A stretch of DNA of 64,000 nucleotides from Catajapyx aquilonaris. Its lineage: Eukaryota. The notes under the pieces were generated by a model, which worked only from the letters and a program-made list of their open reading frames with translations, ran no database searches and was not told the DNA's origin. Location of the stretch: the NCBI GenBank assembly GCA_000934665.2, contig JYFJ02001226.1:1-64000 (forward strand). Direction: 5' to 3'. The position numbers and the translations under genes were made by a program. Below, one piece after another: positions 38,309 to 50,800 of the stretch. How positions within the stretch are numbered: position 1 is the stretch's first letter; every line of letters starts with the position of its first letter.

Positions 38309-40786
38309 ATGTGGCTTCGAGAGAGCTTCGGGGGAGGAGGGGGCCAGCAGCAGCATCCAGCACTAGGGGCGGCCCCGTGGCGAGGCCTCCAGGGTATGCA
38401 GCCCTCGCCCTCGGCTGCTGCAGCGGCCGTTGCAGCAGCCGCAGCCGAGCTAGCAGACTTCTCCGGAAGGGCAGACTGCGTCAAGGTGAGCCCCTATAAT
38501 CACATCCAGCATGTGCTGTATGTGAATGAGCTGGCCTGCTAATTGGGGAAGGAAAGGTTGATTGGTTTCTGTGGAAAATATTGGAGGGCAGCGGAAGTGC
38601 AAATAGGTCCTTCCCAGCGGTTGCCTTTGATCTCTGTGTGTCTGTGGCATAGTCAATGGGGACGGGAGAGTGAAAGGGGGGCAATTGCAACAGGCGTTCT
38701 GTGGACGTGCCCATTGCAAATTCTGAGAGAGGGCATGAGATGCTGTACGCCTACTAATGAATGGAGATGCGCTGGGTACGTGGAGCGCAAACAAGTTGAG
38801 CAGAACTATAAAGAGCAACAAAAGAGTTAATTGCTGGAAGGTGTGATGCTCAGCCGAACTCACAACATGACTGGGTTGTTTCTCTTTTAATTCCTCAGCT
38901 TCTGAAGGAGCTGAACCGGGAGCTGTCCACTTACCACAGCCTGGCGCAGGCGCTGGGAGGAAGCACTGATTGTGAGCAGATGAGGGACGAGATGAAGAGG
39001 AACCGGAGGAGGGCACAGCAGCTGGTCAAGCAGATTCAGGGAAGGCTGCAGCCATGTCTCAACGAGTGAGTTCTTGTTCTCAATCCTCATTACATGCTGG
39101 TATATACACAGTGTAGTTAACGAAATTTCTGTCCTCCGATGATCAGCCCGAAGTTGAGCGAGCGAGAGAAAGACGAAGCCCAGCGCCTTTGGCACGTGTA
39201 CATCTGCTGCCTCAGCGTCTTAGGTTGGTCCTCTTCACTTGATGTGGACACAGCTCCCAAACTTGATTGTTGCAATGTCTTTGTGCAGAGAGCGAGCTCC
39301 GTCGCACCCTGGCCCTCCAGAGGCTGTTTGCCCTCCACGCTGCTGCACCCAGCTGCCTGATCAAGACTGGGCTCAGCTCCAGCGGCACTGGCTCCGGGCA
39401 CTCGTCGTCCCAGAGACGCCAACAAAAGGAGCAACAGCACTCGTCGGGAGGGAAGAACAAGGACGCTGTGCTGGACGTCCCACTAGACGACAGGCTGGCC
39501 CTCGACAACGCGGAACTGGGGCAGCTGCACAAGTCAGTTCCTGGACATTCATTTTTGTAGCCTACAGTCTCACAAGAATGGGGTCCTCTAGACTACATTT
39601 TGCAAACAATTAAAAAAAAATCGTCCTAATTTTTAAAATAATTTTGGTGTTCTTAATTTGAAGAAATACTTAAGTCTATTAGATTTCGACCAATCTAAAA
39701 ATCCATAGTAATTATACGGTATCGTATTGCCCTCTGACGTCAGTGAGGCTAAATGAACAGATCGGTGCGGTTGGGCAGGAGTGGGAATGCGCCTTTTAGG
39801 CCACGCCCCCTTCCACCCGCAAATTTGAGCGTGACTTTTAAACCCACGATAATTTATCGAGCAATTGCTGAAAAGTGATGGAATGCTAGTTTACATAATT
39901 ATGTATGGTTGAGCTGTTCGTGCTGTACAAATTTCCCAAATCCCAGTCCAATGCTATAGGGGCCCCGTTGGTATATATGTTTCAGGGAGCTGGCTGAACT
40001 TCGCGGGACTGTGAACGAGCTTCAGGCGACCCTGGAGATGCGAGACTGGGGGCAGGTGCAGCAGCAAGGGGACGGGTTCGCCCCGGGGCAGCAGCAGCAG
40101 CAGCAGCAGGAGAAGGATGGACAGGAAGAGGAGCACCAACTACTGCCTATTGTGAATGACCAGCAACAGACGTCGGTGGCGGCTGCTGACGCCCTGTCGA
40201 TGGCTGTGGCTGGAGATTCGGACGCGGAGTCTGCCTATTCGGACCTGGACTCTGTGGTGAGTGCATGTGCCACGCACGGTCCCTGATAACAACATACTCT
40301 CGTAGAGCGTACAAATGTATAGCTGGCACGTCCTGTTTGGCGTAGTGTCCCCCGCTCCCCCGTTTTCTTTTTTCTGTCGTCACCACGCAGGGTGGTCCAG
40401 AATTCCTGTCATCGGATGCTGCTGCCGGAAACACTGCCCCCTAGTCACACTGACAGACACACTACTGCGTATAGAGACGCGATCAGGCCTCTGCCGAGTG
40501 ACAGGAATTCTGGATGGCTGGGAAGTATGGCGCGCCCCCACACACAATCAGTCGGTCGACGGTGCACGTTGGTGGGGGTCAGTACTACTCAACAATGGTG
40601 CATGGTGATCTCTCGCCCCCCGCTGTCTGCCGCTGCTTGGACGGATACACATCAAAGGCGGAGGAAGACGACGACGCAGGGATGACGCCCCAGCAGCGAC
40701 GGTGCCTCTGCTGGATAGTGGCCGTCATGGTCGCCATCTTCTTCCTGGCTGCCGCCCTCGGAATCTGCATCGCCTTCCTCTCCTGA
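38309..40786 (+). CDS. RGS9-binding anchor protein (R9AP/RGS9BP/R7BP family)-like, about 405 aa, with C-terminal TM
   Basis: Exons 38309-38485, 38899-39065 (LLKELNRELSTYHSLAQALGGSTDCEQMRDEMKRNRRRAQQL), 39147-39223 (EKDEAQRLWHVYICCLSVL), 39289-39532 (ESELRRTLAL..F.LH....LIKTG), 39986-40256, 40505-40786 (CWIVAVMVAIFFLAAALGICIAFLS*); motifs match R9AP in order; AATAAA at 40845. Confidence 0.85.
39705..39930 (-). repeat. Intronic inverted copy of the 26555 repeat
   Basis: Direct sequence comparison. Confidence 0.8.
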
Positions 40787-40941
40787 CCCCCCATCCCTTT
40801 GCCTCTCTTATTCTTCCGCCACAGACAACAATCAGAGCGCCCTACAATAAAACCAGACGAGTACAAACACACCATATGTGCGGCACCGACTCCATTCATT
40901 TTTCCAGCACACACCATTACAGGTCATGCTCTGCGGAATAA

Positions 40942-42414
40942 TTATTGTCCTTGGGTCAGAAAGTGCAGGGTCCACATGGTGGGTTGGTCAACTCTGTGGA
41001 ATGAGATGAATCGTGGGCTGCAGCATCCAGGTCCCTGTCAGCAATCATAAAGAGGAAGGAGAAGTTGGAAGTTATACTTGAATAAGCAGCAGGCGGATCA
41101 TACCGTCAGAGGGATGTCGACGGGGCGTCTCGGGCGTCGCTTCCAGATCCATTTGGGCCTGAATCCTCCTGGGGGAAGGATCGTGCTCGGTGGGAGGGGA
41201 AGAAACTGGGGCAGCCCATGGGAGTCCACACCTTCCTCTGCCATGATACCTAGTGATGCCAGGCACTTCCCTGAAATGGAATCGAATGAAGACAAACCAT
41301 CATCCATTTGAGACTAGTCATGGTGCTGCTTATACCCAGTTGCAAGTCCTCTGAAACTTCTTTTTGTCCAGTGTCGCGGCAAGGACCAGCTGATGGAGCC
41401 TCCAGGTTATTGGCCAGCAGACGCATCACTTCCTTGCTCAGGACGTACCCTGCACCTCCGGAGACGTAGTTGACCCCTGACCCAGGGTCGCGCAAGAGGG
41501 CACCGACATACTGGGGGGCACGAGAGTCTCTCCTTAGGAGGTGAGCTCTGAGGTTTCCCATGTGGACGAATGTGTCGTGGTCAGCCTTCAGGAGCCAGTC
41601 GTAGTGGTCAGCCAGTCCAGACCGATTCATACGGACCAAGGCAGCTCTGCTCTTGGACCACAGTCGACCGTACCCTTCCAGTGATCCTATACATCAGGGT
41701 GAGTAAAAAGTGCAGGTCAGGAAAATGGCGTGGCAGTAGACGATGGGGGTGTCACATTCTGCCATCCCAATTGAATACATTAACAATTAAATTTAAATAA
41801 ACTTGTAGGACCTAAAAGTAGTGACAATCAGGGTAATATTTCAGCTTATAACATTGAAGGCACGGTTTTATATTCCAGGAAAGGTACGGTACTGGAGGTC
41901 AATTGAGTTTTCCGAGCCAGAAATTATTACAGGATAATGCAAAAATTTGTGAAGACAAAAAGCGAAGACATGCAATGTACAGACTTCAAATCATCATAAT
42001 TATCCCCAAATCAGTCAAATGTGACTGATAGCTTTGCATTTCATGTCATCATTTGCACAACAACATTGGACCGACCTGTGTACACTGCATTGTTGAGAGG
42101 ACAAAAATAGCGATCTGACCAGTGCGGTTGTTTGTATTGGTGCGGAGGACGACGAGGTTGTGCTCAGGTATTCGGTGGTCCGTCCTGCTGGTGAAGAAGA
42201 TGAGTCTGTCGCACTCGGAGCCCCAGGTCATCCGGAGGTCAAAGGCCCTCTGGTGCAAGGTAGGAGAGAGGAGGACGTAGCACAGGATCCTGACACCCTT
42301 AGTCGCCTTGTCCTGCTGGTCGTCGTGACACCTCCGAAGACAGCACAACACCGCAGCTGTACCTGCCAGTGCGACAAGTAGCAAGTGAAGCCTCTTCCTT
42401 CCAGACGCAAACAT
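40942..42414 (-). CDS. C1GALT1: Core 1 beta-1,3-galactosyltransferase-like (GT31), about 301 aa
   Basis: Exons 42414-42120 (signal anchor, VRILCYVL..TWG..CD.LIFF), 41686-41336 (LWSKS, YDWLLKADHDT, YVSGGAGYVLSKE, EDLQLG), 41270-41104 (KCL..LGI), 41034-40942 (GCCS...ISFH); phases consistent. Confidence 0.92.
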
Positions 42415-44074
42415 TGTTCAGTGCAAAGGCAAGGAGACAAATTTTAATGTTTCGTCATGCGAGTCCGATCCGCTCCTGCGACCAGCCAAAGAGACCTCTT
42501 CCTCCTTCGGACACGCACGCGACAAACAACAATAAGAAGGCGGTGGCGCATCAGGAGAAGGGTCGAACAATTAGCCTTAGACAATCGACCTCATTATAGT
42601 ACAACATGGAATGATATTTTCCGCGCGAATAAACGTACTTTTGCAGCTAAAAGTGCGGAGTCTCCATACCAGGTGGTGCGAGGATGCCGATTATATGGTT
42701 CAACAATCGATCGATTGTTACCCGAGGGCTTGTCCGCCAGACCGTTTGGTGTCGTCCGCTTCTCTAAAAAAATAACCAGCAGGTCCAGAGCATGTGGGGA
42801 TATTTTCATTTACACTATAGTTAGTGTAATTTAATATTATAAGAGGCAAGCTCTATAGTTTTACATTTATTCGCCTCGGGTAATGATTCTAATCAGACCC
42901 GTACCAATAACTCTGGGCGTGAAGATCAAGTTAGTAAAGGAGCCCTCGCTTCTTTATGAATGTTATTATTTATCACGATCCTGGTGTAGCCTACACATCG
43001 TGAATTTCTAAACGCAGGATATATGTTACTTATCAACGGTTGCCGTAAGGAACATTGCTGTCCCTTTGATGGCTGGCCAGCCCGCATTTTTTTTTTGAAC
43101 ATTAAAAATCATATCAATGTTTCAACGGCCAGCTCTTTTTTTGTGTGTGGGACCGTCCAGTGTCAATATCACAGGCCGTTTTGCCCTGTCGCACGTCAAG
43201 TACAGCAACATGTATACTGTACAGCAACATGTAGCGACGCAGCACAAGCCATTTAAAAAAAAAGTGGGCCATCGGACTGGAGGTAGAAATATGCAAGCGG
43301 ATGATGACAGCGACGATGCCTGCGGATTTTGATGCCATCAAATGTGCCGTTATTGTCGTGCTCAGTAATTAATGACAGGGAAAATTGTACGAATATTTTG
43401 GTTGTTACTCTGGAGTGATGGCAACAAATCGCAGATATTTTAAACTCCGAGAAACAGAGCGACTTTACACGACTCTGAACTAGAGTATTTATGTTGGCTC
43501 AAGATGGCCTTAGTAGTCTGTTGTTTTGTCACCTCATTCAATCAAACAAATCTCGCTGCACATTATGAACAGGGCTATTTACTGGGAATACGCTTCAAAA
43601 TTTGAATAGGCTGCGACATGCAGTGTATTGTTGACTATGCGAAACTGCAATCCCATCGCTCTAGTTGTTTGCTAATTGAGAAAGACGAGCTCTTTCGGTT
43701 GGAGGCCGTCTTAATTGGAAACTTCAGAACAATACGAGGGTACATCAGTCGGAACTACGCTAGAGCTACTTACAGAGAATAGTTGGAGCGTCGTGCTCAC
43801 TAGTTGTAATACGATCATTGGACGGAGTTAACTATAAGAGAAAAGTCAATGGTATGAACTTTTAAATATTTAAGACCATGTTTAGATCACGAAATAGTGC
43901 CCTGTATAGTCACAGAGATAAAGATACGAAGTGTTATATATATATCGATACTCCGATTTCTGTGCCGTGTAGTAGTCAGGCGCAGGAGCAAATGAAGGGT
44001 TGTGGTGGTGTGGGGATGACGGGATGGGAAATGGACGTCGCGGGATCAGTGGCGCCCCAGACGCCTGCCTGCTA

Positions 44075-44150
44075 CAAAGGCCGTCAGTCGTCGCTCTCAC
44101 TCTCCAGCTAAGAGAACACGAGTGGTGCTGCTGACCACCAGAAGGTCGCA
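44075..44150 (+). promoter_or_regulatory. Candidate TSS and first non-coding exon of the dpr-like gene
   Basis: Initiator tcagtc at 44084 in a GC-rich patch; donors near 44145 and near 44570 (cag|gtgagc). Confidence 0.4.
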
Positions 44151-45369
44151 CTCTGCGGGGGTCATCCTTTGTTATTCACGGTTTTGTTCAGTGTCCCCCC
44201 ACCACCGCAGCTTACCTCTCACACTTAATGGACAGGAATTCAGAGAAGGTCTCTAACTTAAACGCGGTTTAATGTCACCGAATTTAAAGTGTGCAAAGTA
44301 TGTCACATTTCTCAGAATATTCCTCCCGTTAACTACACTTGCAGTATTGCCAACTTACAATCTGATTGTCTATAAAATTGATGATAAGCTATCGGGTTCT
44401 GAGGTTGGCAAAGCTTCAGAAAAAACAGCGTGTGCTCTCTAAGGATAGTTTTAAATAATTGTTCTTTCCATCGTCAAAAATCAGCGAGAGGACTAGTGTC
44501 ATCCTATCAATGCAAGTTGCAGTGACATGTGGGATTATTCCGACCAAGTGGCCAATGACGCCGCAGCAGGTGAGCCAAACTTTTTCCAATTTTTAAATAC
44601 ATTTTTTGAGATTTTTTGCTGAAAGCGTGGACACTAAATGTTACAAAAATTCAGATTCAACAATCAAATGCACATTAAATAACGACTGTTTTCAATTAAG
44701 TGGTCATATGTCGGTCTAACTAATTCATCAGTTGTAACTTTCCTTCATTATGTAGAGTTACACACATGTACATAATACGTAATTAATAAGGCACACCACC
44801 CAAGAGAATGAATAGCCATATGAACACAACAATTCAGCTGGAATATTGGCCGACGGAGGGTAATAATTACTTATCCCCTACACGTATACGGGATAAGTAA
44901 TTGTGCTGTGGGTTACGTGATAGTCATGCGCAGTATATTTATTAGCCGTTATATATTTTCGGCAATTAGTGTTGCCCAGTTCAATGAGTTGTCCGCAGCG
45001 TGATCGCCATTCAATTTACAGTCTGAATGCGTATAGGTGTAAGTAGACTGGTTATGCATGTTCATGTCGAGCATGATGGGGAAATATTCGGCAATCAAAA
45101 ATGATATGTAGTTGCAACACCCCCGGTTGTCAGTATGTTGCGGTCCAGCAGCAGGGGCCAGAAATGTGATGAAACTGCGATTTACAGTCGGGGATTTGCG
45201 AGAGTTAGGTAGAAAAATGCAGCCATCCATGACTATGACTGTAGCGAAAAAAGTCTGACCTTTCAGCCTCCCTATACCATTCATAAGACATGGCTGCTTC
45301 TGAAAAGCTTGCACTCGGAGCCTTAAATATACGGTGAAAATGTGGCTACTAACTGCACATAGTTACGTA

Positions 45370-47880
45370 GAAGCTCTAAAAAACTGTATGATTTCTCATT
45401 ACCCGACAGTTAAGATATAATATATGTCAATTGGGACACCTGAATAAGTTGGCCACCTCTCTATGTTGGACATTATTTTTGGAACCGTCAAAACCACGCT
45501 GAGGTGTGAATACATTTTGTGAAGCATGCTGAGTTATTTTATCGCCGCAAGATTATTGACCAGATAGATGTTGTCTGTCCGAGAGAATTGAAATTTATCG
45601 AATATTATGGAGGGGGTGGTAAATTTAAAACAGTCACTTGTTACCGATTTTTTAAACCAAAGAGTAGGCCAGTTCCAAGAATTGCATTTAGACTGTACCG
45701 AAAAGAAATAAATTCTCAAACATACATTGGGAACTTGATGACTGAATGATTACTGCGCATTAGTGGACTGCACTATGAAACCGGAGAGATTGAAATCCTA
45801 ATAAGTTGGACGCCTCCCTATGTTGGACATTTAAATCGACAAATCGACAAAGGGCGTCGGAGTAAAAGAGAGTCAGGGATCTAGTACAATAACCTGACAT
45901 CGATCTCTTTGAAAAGCAGAAAGGAGCGTGAATTGCTTGCCTGGAGCGCATTTATCCGGAACAAGATCTTGGGTGAGACAAAAAGCACATCAGAATGTTA
46001 AGCATGGGGTGCGACAGGGTGTGAATCTAAAATGTTAGAATTAATGGAAGATGTCATCCGGCCACGACCAGTTCTATATAGGAAGGCAGAATGTGGACGT
46101 ATAGAGAGGCACACACTTTTTTTAAGCTGTCCAAGGCAAGTGGACACGTAGTAGCCCACTCAGCAGATGAGGGTCTGCTACGTGTCCCGGACACAATATG
46201 TTCCGCTCTCTTAAAAAGGGAACGTGCCTTTTCCTTCCTTCCTTCCTTCCAAGAATATTCCTCAACCCTTCTAGAGTGAGAGTGAGATGTGAGATGGTAA
46301 GTGCAGCACTCAACCGTTGGGCCAAGCCTCGTGTCGGTTGGTTAAAGCCAGTCATTTACACGCTTCTCTCGTCTCGATCCAGTTTCCTCGCATCGCCAGG
46401 CCGGAATCAAGTAGAGAGAAAAAAAAACCTCATCCAGTATACGGGGGAAAGTGGGTGAGGAAAGTGTTGCATACATGAAGCAAAATGTTGCCCAGTCGAC
46501 GGGAAAAAAAGTGGAGGGGCCATGTCACAGGGTGTGTCAGAATATTATATGGAGCTAATTTTTAGGATTCAATCGTTCTTGTGGCCAGAGGGAATCGATT
46601 TGTAGTTATATCATTGATGGTGCGACGAGCCGGTTCGTAATGATTCTCTCCTGCGTGAAAGTACAGGCGATTAAATCTTTCACCGCAGATTCAGGTTTGG
46701 GGGCTTCGGCGCAGTAGTCTACTTATGCAAACTTGATGCAGTCATTTTGGCAATCGCGTTTTATTCCACTCAAATGAACACTGGTCGCCTTCGGGCGTGT
46801 AATGGGCTCTGACACGGCTCACATTTTAAAATAATTTTTTTGCAGATGAGGAGTCGGCCCAACCAAAACGTAAGTATAATGCTAGAAGGAGGATTTTATA
46901 GTGTAAGAGAGCAACACTCTGATGCAATATATAAGCTGAAATTTTTCTAAATTCGCTGGAAAATCCCCGATGCCAGTTGCAGTAAGAGAGAGCATATGAC
47001 AAGCTTATGCATAATCCGACACGAGGAAAGCTCGTTAAACACTTTCAATTTATCCTGCATTAGTACTGAACAGGCTTTACAGTTGGTCTCGGGATTTTTC
47101 CTCTAAGCCGGCGCCGCGCAACATGCACGGTATGCGTATAGGATGCTCCGATGCGACATGGACACACGTATAATTGGCTGCCAATCAAAACGGATATGCA
47201 CCGTTATTACCCCTTCATACAATTGTGGAGACTCGCAGATACAATAGCCCGAGCTTGATTGGACCTGCAATAATCCCATTCGGAGACTGGCTGCTGACAG
47301 ATGCCCTTCTCTTTATAAGCCCTACGGTAATATTAGCATCGCTTTAATCAGATTTTTCTTATGATAGCTAATATCACATCAAATAAATAATTGTACTAAT
47401 TTTAGAGCTGCAATCATTGTTGAGTGTGTATTGAACTCGTTGCAATACAAGTCTGAGCAATACGACATGTTTCCCTTACAATAATCCAAAAGCCCGACCA
47501 CCCAAAGCGAAACTCATATCGTGGACTGCACTGCATCAAGATACGGGGAATTTTTAATTCTGAGCTTGGTCTGTGCTTTGAACCGAAACGATCGTTGGGC
47601 GACTCATTTGAGCCCTGGGGATTAAATTAGGACGGTTAACTGATGGAAAGGTGCAGAGGAAGAGGTTGGGAGATAATATAATATAATAATCCAGATTATC
47701 TCCAGAAAACTGTATTTGCAATTTTGGTCACTCCCTTTTCAGATTGTTTTAACGCTTCGTTCTAAATCTAAACAAAGGGCGAGAATCCAAACTTGCGTGT
47801 TCAGTTTTTTCCCCTTCATCAAACGATCATCCTGCGAGTTGGATGGCCTGCAACCCACGGGAGCCGTTTGGCTTGCGCTG
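45370..47880 (+). repeat. Copy 1 of a long, diverged, collinear direct duplication
   Basis: Blocks ctcattacccgacagttaaga, aaaagcacatcagaatg, ccaaggcaagtggacacgt, taattggctgccaatcaaa, gctttgaaccgaaacgatcgttggg, catcaaacgatcatcctgcgagttggatggcctgcaac occur in the same order as 62070-64000. Confidence 0.9.
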
Positions 47881-50800
47881 AATAGTCAGGATACTCAGAA
47901 ATACTGTTTTAATGGGTAAGTTCAGCTAAAATTCTAAATGAAGTCGCCTTTTTCTTATATCGAAACCAACCATCTTGGCGCTCAAGTGTGTCCGACAATG
48001 CATTCAAGTATCAAATATTCGCATTTGTGTTCAAGGTGAAAAATGTGAAATATAAGGGGAAATTGGGACGAGGGAATCGATCTGCGTGTCTTTTGTGACC
48101 CGATTTTGGACCCAGGACCTGTGGAAATTTCGGGGTTTTGGGGGAGGAAGAGATGATTTTCTCCTCCCCCGTTCTCCTGATGATAATAACTTGATGCATG
48201 GAGCATTGGTCCGATAATATTATCCCGGCCTCCATGTGCGGCATGCCTTACAAGCCAGATACGCGTCTATTGGAAATCCATTATGTCGAAGGTGATCAAT
48301 TTTACATCGGGATTCACCTCACTTTCCTGGAGGTTTAAGGGAACGGGAGTAGAGTAGTTTTGAAGAATCCGGTATGGAGATGACATGAAAATAATGCCAA
48401 CGCCGGCAGTGATCAGGCATCAGGCGTCAATGATCGTACAGTACCAGAACCATCATAAAATACTCTAAAAAGGTGGACCGTGTAACGGAGAAGCTTCGGT
48501 TTTTGTCCCGGTTTTTTGTTGTAAAGTCTCGCCCCAATGCAACGGATTTTGTTGTGCGAAGAGAGCTATAATGGGAAGCAAGAATTCATCGCCTGCGGGG
48601 GAAGAAGGTGAAAGAAAAATTGGGCTATGGGAGGCAACAAAAGGCTGTTATTACTTCTCCGCCCGACTCATTATCAGAAAGGGCTTGGGGCCAAACCTCT
48701 TTTTAAAAACTAGGCGAGGCTAATTACTTCTTGATACATCCTATTGAAACAGACTTTGTGGGAATGTAGGCCAGGATGCTGTGACAAGAGAGCGTGTATC
48801 CACATTAATGTATAATATTTGGTGCGGATTCTGGCCAATGTTGGTAGAAGGGTGAACAGTTGTGCAGGTGTCGAGAATAGATGCCATTCCATTTGGGCGA
48901 AATTGTCCGAGAGAAGTATCCTTTCATTCGGGGGAAGAAAAGAATTGGTATCCTCCTTTTTCCCTTCCTACTGTCGGATCCCAACCCAATTCCTGCTTTC
49001 CTCGGTTCTTATCTCAGATAAGCCGATTCAGCTGGTTCAACTTGGATCGAGTTGTGGTTCAACTGAGACAGGCTGGGCGATATGGGGTGCACTCACAAGA
49101 TAGAAAAGGCAGACCATGTCCTGAACAATATTTGGCTAATATAGCGCATCTATGTATATTTACAATGTGTATTTCGACCATTTTTACTAAACAAAGCCTG
49201 GTGTCATGTACGAGTATTATCTGGTAGTATTATGTATTATCTGGCTGGTCGGGTATGACAAAGGTTGAGCTGCAGGTGATACATCTGCTGCCTCTGTTCC
49301 ATTTGCGCATTTCCAATCTCATGTTCGAGCCCTGCAGGCTGATCATCCCTGTACTTTCATAGACTGATTAAAAAACACCAGCTGGACCAGACGGAACAGA
49401 GGAATGATCCGCAGGCATCAGAATATTATATTCAAACCCTCCGAGTGAGTCTCCTGGCACCGTCACAATTATTTAAGCCTTGTATAATCGGTAATGCTTA
49501 CATTGTGAGGATAAATTCGATGCTGACTGCCTCCTGAGCGAAAAAAGTCTAAAAACTGATTTGTGATATTTTATTCTGGTGGAAAAATCTTCGGATCTGC
49601 CTGGAACATTAGGGTATTACTGTGATTTAAAATATTTCTTGAGAGCAATAAGAAGGTTATGACAAGCCGGACCGAAACCTTCGCAATCAGGCGGAGATAT
49701 TTGGCACGCATCAAAAAATTGTCGCCTTCATCTCCCTGCGTGTACGCCGATTATGATTATGAAAGTTTGGCAATCAAATCGCGATCCTCTCTCGTCTCCG
49801 CGCGAAGAGCCGAAGACAGAGAGAGTTAGAGAGGGGGGGGGGGAGAGAAAAATATTATCAATCATTTGTGGGGTGATATTGATCTGTATCATTGCAGCCT
49901 ACGGGGCTGGAATAGGCCTTCCAATCTCCACCCCACAAAGAACAGAGTTTCAGGCAGGAATTTTAGTCCAGGCCAAATTATTCAGGCAACACCTTCTGCC
50001 TGGATGAATTGGGTTTTTGGTTATTGGACCGTTCAGAGGAAAAAAAGAGGTGTGCCAAACTATAGGAGATTAAATTTTTGGCCTGAAATGGTTCCAACTC
50101 GTTCTTTTCGGATCTGGGCCTGCCCTTCTCCGTTTAAAAGAAAATCAAGGAAAGAATATTTGGTATACAAATGGGAGCATTTGGGTTTAAGGAGGCCGCG
50201 AAAAGTTGAAATATATTTCCAATATTTCCAGACTTCTGTTTTAGACATTTCCAGACCCGTTCCCTTCAGAAAGGTGCCAGTCTATACTCGCTCTGGCCCT
50301 GCTCATTCCTCAACTATTGGACAGGGTGTTCCAAGAAGCAGCACCAATTTAGGTTAACCAATCTCGACACACTCCTTCCTAAGCATGCAATTCAATTAGC
50401 GCCTTTGGGTCATTGTTGAGCCCAGTGAGAGGAGACCAGATCTGCATTATAGAGAACTTGCGGGAAAGGAAGAAGAATGTTTGGTTCCTCATGAAAAGGG
50501 AATTTCTTCTTCTTCTTCTGGACTTCATCCCGTCTCATCTCTCTTCTGATCAAAGGAAATGAGAATTTGGAAAGTGGAGACGGGAGGATAAACTGATTGA
50601 GTGAGATCAACCAGTGTGAAGCACAAAGATGGAGAAGCTCTGTGTCTGATTGAGTTTGTGTCGACCAAGAGAGTCGCCTCTCCCTTTCACAACGCCTCGT
50701 TATCACTCTAATTGGTGGGTTGTCTCAATATGGAGCCGAGTCCTCATCATCTAGAGAGGACATTAATTAGAGCGTGGTCGCATTGAAAATAATGTAGGCT

